DNA of 64,000 nucleotides from Chiloscyllium plagiosum (lineage: Eukaryota): positions 10,399,830 to 10,463,829 of the forward strand of contig NC_057720.1 in NCBI RefSeq assembly GCF_004010195.1. The letters run 5' to 3'. The translations under genes and the position numbers were made by a program. Each line of letters starts with the position of its first letter. Within the stretch, counting starts at the first letter, position 1. Positions 13,700 through 24,309 of this stretch are shown here, piece by piece. A model generated the notes under the pieces. That model did no database searches. It saw only the letters and a program-made list of their open reading frames with translations, and was not told the DNA's origin.

Positions 13700-14340
13700 A
13701 GAGCAAGGACACATTGCCAAGTCTGCTTTACTGAGATCGACATAAATAATCCAATGGGCCACTTTCATCTTCAGATTAATTACGAACATTTATGAAAAGC
13801 AGGACTGTAAGAATGAATACACTTTCGTGTTCTGTCCAAATCAAACATTGATATACTTGAGAACAGAAACGAGTCTGGTGTTCGATGTGACTTGGCCAAC
13901 ATCTTGCGACTTTCACCATGAATTTGGAGTATCCAAGCATGAAGAATATCCTCCTTGCACCTATTCTGTACAGATCTGTTGCAGTTGCATTATTTTAAAT
14001 CAGATCTCTTCGAGTTCTTCTGAATTCCAGTCAATTCCCTAAAAGATGTAATCTGTCCTCAGACGTCATCCTCGACATCTTTAGCATCAGCCTCGTGACT
14101 GTCTGCTGCACTCTCTCTGTGGCAAGTCCTTCATTTCTTAGGCAGGGAAAGAAAAACAACAAACTTTCTATTTGCCAATGAGCAGAAGCACAACTTACTC
14201 AAGCTTTCCTCGTAAGAGTGTCCCTCCACACCCACTGTCATTCTAGCGAATCCTCACTGCACTGCATTGAATGCCAGAACACCTTTCCTGATATCAGAGG
14301 TATAAAACTGTTCACAGCTTTGCAACTGTGATCTGAGTAG
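13700..14340 (-). mobile_element. Old CR1 3' fragment
   Basis: Minus strand reads LATERVQQTVTRLM...EDRL...LEFRRTRRDLI, a decayed CR1 ERVQRRFTR...LEFRRxRGDLI. Confidence 0.65.
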
Positions 14341-14714
14341 TGTTGTGGGATTGGAGTGCCTTTATTAGGTGGAGACTCAGAAAAACAGCATGGTAGAGTG
14401 GATAGATGCAACTATTTTCACATCATACCCAATAGTGAGCAGTATGATTATGAGGTGTACATAAGGCAACAAAAAGAAAATAAGAGCTGGAATAGTCGGT
14501 CTGGCCCCTCGACCCTGTTGTGCCATTCCAAAGGATCTTGGCTATTTTTACAGACCTCAAACCCACTTTCTTGCACTTTTTCCAACACACTGGATTCCCT
14601 TACTGGATCAAGAATCGATATCAGATTTAAACATACACAAGTTCTGTGTTGGAAGGAGGTACAAAGAACTCAAACTGTGTGAGAAAAGAAATTCCTCCTC
14701 TACTCAGTCTTAAA

Positions 14715-15460
14715 TTAGGGTGTGCTGTCCGTATCTTTGGAGTGTTTGATGTAGACAGTGTTAAAATAACTTTTCTCTGCATCTCTTGTCATACTGTCCC
14801 AGTCCTTGGAGTATTTGATGTGGACCTTGTCGAAAGAGCTCTTCTCTGTATTTAACCAGGTCCTGTATGAATCCTGGGAGTTTTTACTGAGCACAGTGCA
14901 GAGCACTATTTATGCTGTATCAATCCTCGTTCTCTCCCTGTTCTCGCAGAGTTTGATGAGGACAGTGTCGAGACATTTTTACTCTGTACGTAGTCACATT
15001 CTGTCCCAGTAATTGGAGTGATGAATGAGGGACAGTACAGAGAGAGATTTCCTCTGCCTTTAACCCCCTCCTAACCCTGTAATGGGTTTGTTAGATGGGA
15101 ACAGTATAGAGGCAGCTCTGCTGTGTATCTAAACCCATATTGTTCCAGCCTTGGGAGTATTTGATAGGGACGGTGGACAAGAAGATTTAATGCATATCTG
15201 ACCCAATGCTGTCCCTGTTCTGGGAATTTTGGTGGGGGACCTCTAGTCGTGTATTACTTTGTATCCAACGCCGTTTTATTCATATCACATATTATTTGAT
15301 GGGGATAGTGTCAGGAAGGTATTATCTGTATCTAACACGATCTCGTAACTGTCCTGGGAGAGTTTGATGAGGACCATGTCGAAGAAGCCTCACTTAATAT
15401 CCAAATATACACGAACCCTGTCATACCAGTGTTTGATGTGGAAAGTCGGAGGGAGGTTTA
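14715..15460. repeat. Degenerate ~69-bp minisatellite, about 11 units
   Basis: Recurrent CTCTGTATCTAAC..CTGTCCC..CCTGGGAGTGTTTGATGxGGACAGTG; TTTGAT-like motifs recur every ~68-70 bp. Confidence 0.8.
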
Positions 15461-15509
15461 CCACAAAGATCTACACAGTGCATGAGTAGACACATCGGCC
15501 CTCTGAGCC

Positions 15510-16221
15510 TGCGCCCTTATACTTGGTAGTGTGGATGAGCAGAGGGCTCTTGGTGTCCATGTACACAGATCTCTGAAAGTTGCCACCCAGGTAAATAGTG
15601 CGGTGAGGAAGGCATATGGCGTACTGGCTTTTATTGGTAGAGGAATTGAGTTCTGGAGCCCTGAGGTCATGTTGCAGTTTTATAAGACTCTGGTGCAGCC
15701 TCATCTGGAGTATTGTGTGCAGTTTTGGTCGCCATACTATAGGAAGGATGTGGTGGCACTGGAACGGGTGCAGAGGAGGTTTACCAGGATGTTGCCTGGT
15801 ACGGTAGGAAGATCGTATGAGGAAAGTCTGAGGTACTTGGGGCTGTTTTCATTGGAGAAAAGAAGTTTTAGGGGTGACTTGATAGAGGTGTGCAAGATGA
15901 TTAGGGGTTTAGATAGGGTTGACCATGAGAATCTTTTTCCACGTATGGAGTCAGCTATTACGAGGGGGCATAGCTTTAAATTAAGGGGTGGTAGGTATAG
16001 GACAGTTGTTAGGGGTAGATTCTTTACTCAGCGAGTCGTGAGTTCATGGAATGCCCTGCCAGTAGCAGTGGTGGACCCTCCGTCTTTATGGGCATTTAAA
16101 CGGGCATTGGATAGGCATATGGAGGATAGTGGGCTAGTGTAGGTTAGGTGGGCTTGGATCGGCGCAACATTGAGGGCCAAAGGGCCTGTACTGCGCTGTA
16201 TTTTTCTATGTTCTATGTTCT
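15510..16221 (+). mobile_element. Young CR1 3' fragment with (TTCTATG)n tail
   Basis: Open 203-aa ORF 15531-16142 (PHLEYCVQFWSP...RGDLIEV...RFFTQRVV) and TTCTATGTTCTATGTTCTA tail. Confidence 0.92.
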
Positions 16222-16286
16222 ATAATAAAGAGTATGCAGTGAAGCAAAATAATTAATTCACTACAGACAGCACCGCAATAGTTCAC

Positions 16287-16451
16287 TTGAATATTTTCAA
16301 TAAGCTTGTCACTATATTGAATCCTGGGGTTAATGGCAATAACTATGTCTCGATATCCATTATTCTCCAGCATTACTCCAGAACACTTTAGGATATAACT
16401 ACACAGGTTACAGCTGAGCACGATGGTGAAGGTTTTTTGGAACTTCATCAT
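16287..16451 (-). pseudogene. CLCA: CLCA-family pseudogene, first coding exon (signal peptide + start of N-terminal domain)
   Basis: 55 codons MMKFQKTFTIVLSCNLCSYILKCSGVMLENNGYRDIVIAINPRIQYSDKLIENIQ match the CLCA N-terminus pattern (L-x-N-N-G-Y-x-x-I-V-x-A-I-x-P). The exon ends in phase 0 at a weak GTGAAC donor. Confidence 0.85.
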
Positions 16452-16684
16452 TGGTCCCAGGCTTCAGTCTGATCAAGAATGTTTCCCCCTGCAAGTGTAA
16501 TGACACATTCAGTGCCACCCATAACCTGAGAATGAATTGAAAGGAATCCTCAGAGGGCTGTGCTTGCTCTGAGTGTGAAATTACACCAGAAATTCCAAAT
16601 GCTCAGAGTCTGCTAAGCTTAACATCGCATTAGATCAGTATAAAGTGAAAACTATCAGATCTACCAGAACTCACAAGTCCATTC

Positions 16685-17393
16685 CTAGATTAAATCCAAC
16701 AAATTGCTGAATATTGGATTAAAGACGGGATTCTTGGCAGTGTGGAGGAACAGAGGGATCTGGGTGTGCAAGTACATAGATCCCTCAAAGTTGCCACCCA
16801 AGTGGATAGGGTTGTTAAGAAAGCATATGGTCTTTTGGCTTTCATCAACAGGGGGATAGAGTTTAAGAGCCGTGAGGTTTTGCTGCAGCACCACAAATCC
16901 CTGGTGAGGCCACACTTGGAATATTGTGTCCAGTTCTGGTCGCCCTACTATAGGAAACTTACAGAGGCTTTGGAGAGAGTGCAAAGAAGGTTTACCAGGA
17001 TGCTGCCTGGAGTGGGGGGGGCTTGCCTTATGAAGAAAGGTCGAATAGGCTCGGACTTTTCTCTCCAGAGAGGAGAAAGAGAGGAGACTGATCGAGGTCT
17101 ACAAAATAATGAGAGGGATAGATAGAGTTAATAGCCAGAGACTTTTAGGAAAAAGGTATAAAGGAGACGTCAGAGGTAGGTTTTTTACACAGAGAGTTGT
17201 GAATGCATGGAATGCGTTGCCAGCGGTGGTAGTGGAAGCAGAGGGACATTTAAGCGACTGCTGGACATGCACATGGATAGCAATGAGTTGAGGGGTGCGT
17301 AGGTTTTACATTAGGATTAAATCTCGGCACAACATCATGGGCCAAAGGGCCTGTTCTGTGCTGTACTTTTCTATGTTCGATGTTCTATGTTCT
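16685..17393 (+). mobile_element. CR1 3' fragment with (TTCTATG)n tail
   Basis: ORF 16742-17125 (RPHLEYCVQFWSP) and tail at about 17370-17393. Confidence 0.9.
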
Positions 17394-17809
17394 AAAAGGT
17401 CGTGCAGTCCCTTATTTTGAGGGACAAATAGATCAAGTCTCCGTTGAATTGATTTATGATTTCGATCCCACTACTATCAAAGCCTTGCTCATGGGAGGGT
17501 TCTGTAACTTAGGCAAACTGATAATCGGTGGGGGGGTGGAGGTGTGTGTTAACCAAAATTTTCCATTTTCAAATTCTTTGAAATTTAACACTGCATAGAG
17601 CCAACTGTCCTCTGATTAGGACATTCTTCTACTTTGGAAACTGGGTTTTTTGGGAATAACTCCCGAACTGGTTTGTGGTTGAAAAATAAGTTTTTATTCA
17701 TTTAAATGGTGTTGGAACACAAAGAGATGTAATCAGAGAATCACAACATGCCTAGAGTGTGTAAGCAGACCATTTGGAAGAAGATGTTCTGAAGACGTTC
17801 CTTGAAATT

Positions 17810-18440
17810 TGTGTCACAGACAGACAAGGTGGTTCAGAAGGCGTTTAGTGCACTTGTTTTCATTGCTCAGACCTTTGAGCAGAGGAGTTAGGACGTCATG
17901 TTGAGGTTGGTGAGGCCACTTCTGGAGTACTCTGTCCAGATTTGGTCACCCTGTTTTAGGAAGGATATTATTCGGAAAAGATTTCCTAGGATGTTGCCAG
18001 GAATGGAGGGTTTGAGATATAAAAATAGACTGGAAAGATTGGGACTTTTATCACTGGGGCATCTTATTGGGTGATCTTATTGGGATATATAAAATCATGA
18101 GAGGCATAGATGAGGAGAATAGCAAGGGAGTTTTGAGATATAAAAATAGACTGGAAAGATTGAATAGACTGGGGCATCTTATTGGGTGATCTTATTGGGA
18201 TATATAAAATCATGAGAGGCATAGATGAGGAGAATAGCAAGGGAGTTTTCCCTAGGGTGGGGTAGTTCAAAATCAGGGGACATATTTTTAAGGTGAGAGG
18301 AGAAAGATTTAAAAAGGACATGAGAGGCAACATTTTTACACAGAGAGTGGTATGTATGTGAAATGACCTGCCAGATGAAGTGGTGGATGCAGATAGAGTT
18401 ACAACATTTAAAAGGCATTTGGATAAGTACATGAATAGCC
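17810..18440 (+). mobile_element. CR1 fragment with an internal ~120-bp tandem duplication
   Basis: CR1 ORF2 C-terminal similarity; 18011-18133 is repeated at about 18133-18250. Confidence 0.8.
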
Positions 18441-18789
18441 AAAGACACACCAGGATTTAATTTAGCGCACCAAACACTATGGATTCTTTATTAAACAACC
18501 AGTTCATGCTTTTTGTTGCTTATTGCAGTTCCATTGACTTGAAACTCTCAGGATGGCAGCTACACGTGAGAACCATATACAAATACCTCAACATGGCCCG
18601 CCCACCAGGGTCACTCCATTCCCATTGGACATGCACACCCCACAGGATGCCAGCCCAGTGCTCAAAGATTGGGATGTCTACCTGCTATCTGGTAAAGACC
18701 AGATGGGGATCAATCTCAAAGTATTGACTCAGAAGGCTTTCTGCCACCACTGAGCCGATGCCAACTCACTGCTGCATTTTCTTTGTTAT

Positions 18790-19540
18790 TTGTTGATGGG
18801 ATGTGGATGTTGCTGGTGAGGCCAGTATTGATTGCCCTGGAGAAAGTGATGGGGAGCTGGCTTCTTGAACTGCTGAATCCTTGGGTTGTCGGGATAATTT
18901 CTACAACGAATCTTGTAGATAGTGCACACTGCTGTACTGAGCATTGGTGGTGGAGGGAATGGATACCTGTGCTTATGGGGCCAACCAAATGAGTTACCTT
19001 GTTCTGAATGATGTCAAGCATCTTGAGTATTGTGTGAGCTGTACCCATCCAAACAAATGGAGAATATTCCATCACACTCCTGACTTGTGCCTTGTAGATA
19101 ATGGACAGTTTTTGGGGAATCAGGAGGTGAATTACTTGCCACTGTATTCCTGGCTTCTGACCTGCTCTTGTGGTCATTGCATTTATGTGGCGAGTCCAAT
19201 TGAGTTTCTGGTCAATGGTAACCCCTTGGATTTTGATAGTGGGTCATTCAGTTGAAGGTAACACCATTCAATATCATGACGTGATGGTTAGAATGTCTTT
19301 TATTGGAGATGGTCATTACCTGGCATTTGTGTGGCTCGAATGTTGCTTGCCACTTGTCAGCCCTGGACCTTGTACAGATCTTGTTGCATTTGAACATGGG
19401 CTGCTTCAGTTTCTGAGGAGTCCCAAATGGTGCTGAACATTGTACAATCATTGGAAGGCATCCTTATTTCTGACCTAATGATGGAGAGGTCATTGAAGCA
19501 GCAGTTGAAGGTGGTTGGGCCTAGGACACAACCCTGAGGA
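18790..19540 (-). mobile_element. Second non-LTR retrotransposon family (CR1/L2 group), RT C-terminal fragment
   Basis: VPQGCVLGP and IYKAQVRSVMEYSP..W motifs. Confidence 0.75.
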
Positions 19541-19896
19541 ACACAAAGAACAAAGAACAATACAGACTCTGGTGACTCTTCATGAAAAGTCTTCTCTCGA
19601 AACTTTAACTCTGCTTTCTTCCCACAGATGCTGCCAGACATGTTGGGTTTCTCCAGCAATTTCCTTTGAGGGTGGAGGGTAGGTGGAGAGAACTTTCCTT
19701 GATTTTATATTCCTGAATATGTATCACAACATGTAATTAATCTGTTTTTTGTGAAAAATATATAGTTGGTTTGAAACCTAATGTGTGATGCTTTCATTTG
19801 AATGGTGAAATTATTTGTAGGGTTATAAAGTGGAGGTGGACATCCCTCTGAGAAATAAACCAGAATACCCAATGAAGAGCACATCGCCGCATAATC

Positions 19897-20961
19897 TGTA
19901 AAACGGGTGTGAAAAGTGGTGTAACCTGCTTTCGGCAACTTCTGGTTGTTAAATAAAATAAATCCCTGACACTCACTTTGAAACAGGAGAAAGTGAGGGT
20001 TGCAGATGCTGGAGATCAGAGCTGAAAATGTGTTGCTGGAAAAGTGCAGCAGGTCAGGCAGCATCCAAGGAGCAGGAGAATCGATGTTTCGGGCATAAGC
20101 CCTTCTTCAGGAAGAAGGGGTCATGCCCAAAATGTCAATTCTCCTGCTCCTTGGATGCTGCCTGACCTGCTGCGCTTTTCCAGCAACACAGTTTCAACTC
20201 ACTTTGAAACCACAAGAAACAATTTATTTATCGAACTCTAACAGTGAACAAATTAACTAAACTATTAACAAACAGAATAAATCCCTTCCAACTACTAACT
20301 ATCCCTGAATAAAACAAGATTCTAATGGTATGTTGTTCCAATAAGTACAAGTCCCATTTATATAAAAAACGAATTTAGTCAATCAAGACTACAGCCTGGT
20401 TACGTGTCTTCTAGAATGTTCTGTACCTTCGATTCTTCCGTCAGGAATATTGACTAGTTGTGTTGTGGTATTGTTTTTATCTGGTTGGTGCTTTCTCTAA
20501 GACATAGAAGAAGCTGTGAGAGCCAGCGATTCTCTGCTAAGAGCTGAGGGCCATTAGCTGTGGTGAATAGCAGCTCGCTCTGGGATCTTTGTCCAACTGC
20601 TCCTTTTTTGTTATACCCTTGATAACAAATCAATATTTCTTCAATAAGATTGGTCTTATGTTGTCAAAGCTATTAGCTTTAAATTTAATAGGTTTTTGGA
20701 AACTAAGTACCTTGTTCAAATCTATTGACTAAATTTAAAAGCTTGTTGTCTTGGTAAATAAAAAAAGCTGCTGCTTGGCCTGCGAACCGTATGGCCTTTT
20801 GATACAAATATTTCAGTTCAGGTGCTCTCTGTGTACCTGCAAATTTTCAAACTGCTGTACACAGACATCCATTTTAAATTTCTGAACACAGAAAAAGTAC
20901 ATGATCTTTTAAAGGGACCATGCAATGCTTCCACATCCATCCCCCCCTCCAGCATTTTACA
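19897..20961. mobile_element. Probable solo LTR of a different family, containing the fold-back insertion
   Basis: Termini TGTAAAACG...CATTTTACA are inverted repeats (8/9 match). TSD not clean. Confidence 0.55.
19985..20196. mobile_element. Penelope pLTR-derived fold-back (hairpin) insertion
   Basis: Inverted arms; exact 14-bp TSD ACTCACTTTGAAAC at 19971-19984 and 20197-20210. Confidence 0.88.
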
Positions 20962-21067
20962 AACACCAAGTTCTAACTTCCTGTCTCCCAATTCACAAGT
21001 ACTTTACCCAACTTTGCAGCAGTAGCATCTTTAATCTTGCAACTATGCCAGGCACCTATTTCAAACT

Positions 21068-21270
21068 TGGAGTAAGGGAGCACTGCAGAGTCAAAAAGTG
21101 TGGCACTGGAAAAGCACTGCAGGTCAGACAGCATCCGATGAGCAGGAGAGTTACTGTTTTGGGCAGAAGCCCTTCATCAGGAATTCCTGGCTTATTCCCA
21201 AAACGTCGACTCTCTTGCTCCTCAGATGCTGCCTGATCTGCTGTGTTTTTCCAGTGCCACACTTTTTGAG
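21068..21270. mobile_element. Penelope pLTR-derived fold-back insertion
   Basis: Inverted arms of about 85 bp; imperfect TSD CTATTTCAAACT / CCATTTCAAATT. Confidence 0.8.
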
Positions 21271-22140
21271 CCATTTCAAATTATCAGTCCTGATGTATTT
21301 GTTCATCGAGTGTATGAGATTGAATCTGGTGACCACGCCTAGATGTTGAGAATTGTCATGTTGAACAAGCTATTTCTTAAACGATGTAGCTGCAATGCAA
21401 TATATTGTTATTAAAAATATTCAAAAATTCTTTTGGGTCCAACAGTCTGACCTTTCATCGATAAGGAATTAAAGTAGTAGCAACCTAATGCACCTTGACT
21501 TTATTGAAATAGTATTTCCGGACTTTATTTGACCTGCTTGGAAGTTTGCTTGAGGCAGATCCATTTGAGACATTCAACAGGGTATCAGATTGATTGAAAA
21601 TGTTGTGCAGGGTTATGGTGAAAGGACAAGGGGATGGCACTGTCATGATGTTCATTTCGAGAGCTGCACAAATATAATGGGCTGAGCAGAGTCCTTCTGC
21701 ATTGCAACAATTTGGTGATTTTGACTTGTCCAGTTTCAACCCAAATACAGTTAAATGTATTTCTGAAAACAACAAAATCAACTTTACTCCAAAGCTGGAG
21801 TTCAACGCTTATAACTAATAAGCTGTGGCAGTGGGGGGAGGAACGAGAAGAGGATTTGAGACCAATGGTTGTGTTGAATAGTGGGGTGGGCCTTACAAAC
21901 CATGTGATCAACTTCTGCTTTTTTTTCTTACCTTCCTGCAACCATTTGTATTTCCAACAAAATAATGTCTTCATCAGCTGGGGAGTTCAAGAGTCATACT
22001 GTCACGAAATATAAGGAAATTGTTGCTAATGACTTTATATTGTAGTGCAGTGGTTGAATAATGTGCATTGATAATTTGAATCTGAATCAATGGTGCTGGA
22101 AGAGCACAGCAATTCAGGCAGCATCCGATGAGCAGCAAAA

Positions 22141-22170
22141 TCGACGTTTCGGGCAAAAGCCCTTCATCAG
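22141..22170 (-). ncRNA. Minimal type I hammerhead ribozyme motif in a Penelope-type pLTR
   Basis: Minus strand CUGAUGA-A-GGGC-UUUU-GCCC-GAAA-C-GUC: complete core, 4-bp stem II, palindromic ACGU stem III and GUC triplet. Stem I is weak. Confidence 0.7.
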
Positions 22171-22335
22171 GAATGAAATCTAGCTTTCTCCTCAGGTTTA
22201 TTCACCCAATAAACATACCAGGATGCTCACTTTAAAACATCTGCCTGACATCAGCACAAGATTTGGGACATTAAAAATCATTTTTTCGATTTATACAAAT
22301 GAGAGAATAGTACATTAAACCACAAACTTCTTATT

Positions 22336-22948
22336 TGTTATGGACTAGACCAAAACCCTGAAATATTCATAAGATATTCTTGACCCTTATTTATTTCTTA
22401 TTTTAAAGGTAAATGTAAGTATTGTGTTCCACATGCTATGGTTGATCCAGCTACCATATGTGATGGAATATACAATATATTAATCCACTACAGTTAAAAT
22501 TCAACTGAAGAAAGAAGGAATTGGAATAACTTAACTCATGTGGAAAACCTAACAGAGTAATAGATGCAGTACCCATTACTAATTGACTGTTCCAATAAAG
22601 GAACATCCCATAAACACATCCTTGGCAAAAGACAAATTCAGAAAAAAAAAATTGTCTCCCATGAAATCCAGCGACCTCGGAAGTGAACCCCCAGCTTTTG
22701 GCTGTAATTGAGAGAGAGAAAAATAACTTCCACTTCTTCAAGCCCACAACAGCAACTAAAAAGCTGACTAAAAATCCTTGATCTGTGAGAGCTGGACCAC
22801 ACACAGTCAGGTCGCTTCTATTGTTAGCTTTAACAAACACCTTCACAAGCTGTTTACTCCAGTGGTTCTGGCTTAAGAACCTGCCTTAAAACCTCTCTTC
22901 AAAAGACTCCAGGACAAAATACCCTCTTAAAGCCACAGCATCGTCACA
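22336..22948 (-). mobile_element. Solo LTR, same family as 4965-5571
   Basis: TGT...ACA termini and end-to-end similarity to 4965-5571. No matching TSD (TATT vs TTCC). Confidence 0.8.
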
Positions 22949-23975
22949 TTCCGGATGTGTTGGGTGTGCACATGCTCAGATGTAAAGGTGCGAGGATAAG
23001 AAAAGCAAGCAATGCGATGGTGGCAACACGATCCAGCTGCCATGGAGTGAAATGTCCCTTTGTACATGAGGAGTTTAAAGGTGGGTTCATTTGGAGTTGT
23101 GAAAATCACAGACGATGACAGTGACGCCAACTGCAGTGGGAGATGGACCACTGTTTGAGGGGGGAACAAGGATGAATGCAGAAGGTTGGGAAATGCAGCA
23201 ATTGAACATCCAGCGATGGTAACGGATCTTCAAGAGAGAGATTTTACACATCATGGTGTTGGCGATGGTCTCATCAGATGGAATGCAATGGTGACAGCGA
23301 AACTCTTACAAATGCATGGTTTCTTTACAGGATGCACAGTGCATATTTAAGAATATATCCACAGTGTTGAGGTTCTTTAGTTAGACCACGAACAGGATTG
23401 AGAGACAGAGATGGTTAATGGCTTTCAATTCTCTTTATTTGGTGAACTTACTGATACAAGTTTCTGAGCTGAAACTGCAGCATTGTATCCTGGTGTTGTG
23501 TGATTTGTAACCAAGTGCTTTCAAACCACGTGTAAACACTCTGCGGTTCCCCACTGCTGTGAGCTCAAGGGCTTTTACCAGGTTAGACGGTGATGCCGTC
23601 CTGCTCCCTTTAGTTCCCTTTTTTATCAATATTGTTGCCACAGGAAACTTTAATTCTGATCTAATGAAGTTTCCCTGATTCAATTAATTCTCCCCTTTTA
23701 TTCTTCCCTGCCCTGTGGGCTCCTGCTGAACCCCACAACTGCAGAAATGGGTTGTTTTAATGTGGTCTGTGATAGTAAAATGGATCACCGAACCACGGTT
23801 TTATGAATGAATGAATGAATGAGACCGTGTTGTAGTAGGGATTTATGAATGAGTAAATAAAAAGCGCTTGTGAGTGGGTTAGCGAAGAGATCGGTAATCT
23901 CGAATCCCAGAACTCTCCCCTTTGATTCTATCACAACTATTGACAGAAAAACACAGTCGGAGGCTAAATGTATGA

Positions 23976-24124
23976 TTCTTGATTAGTGGTGCTGGAAGAG
24001 CACAGCAGTTCAGACAGCATCCAGGAGCAGTACTGCTCCTCACATGCTGCTTGAACTGCTGTGCTCTTCCAGCACCACTAATCCAGAATCTGGTTTCCAG
24101 CATCTGCAGTCATTGTTTTTACCT
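23976..24124. mobile_element. Penelope pLTR-derived fold-back insertion (apex lacks the ribozyme core)
   Basis: Inverted arms; exact 14-bp TSD GGCTAAATGTATGA at 23962-23975 and 24125-24138. Confidence 0.88.
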
Positions 24125-24309
24125 GGCTAAATGTATGAGCCTCCCAACTTCGGGGGTGATTTTAAAGACCGTTCCTGAGCAGGCATTTGTACCGATCGCT
24201 GAATACATGCAGAGCAGCATTGCAAGAAAATATATGAAGCGAAGATAATTATTAGGTAAAGAATGCCGCCTTGAACAATGCTCGTGCCCAGAAAGCCCAG
24301 CAGGACTTT

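Noticed and set aside
13990..14140. Exon-like segment after a polypyrimidine-AG on the minus strand
   Set aside because: Translates to decayed CR1 ORF2, not a host exon.
14715..15460. CRISPR-like periodicity
   Set aside because: The whole unit is a degenerate repeat with no conserved-repeat/unique-spacer structure and no cas genes; the context is vertebrate.
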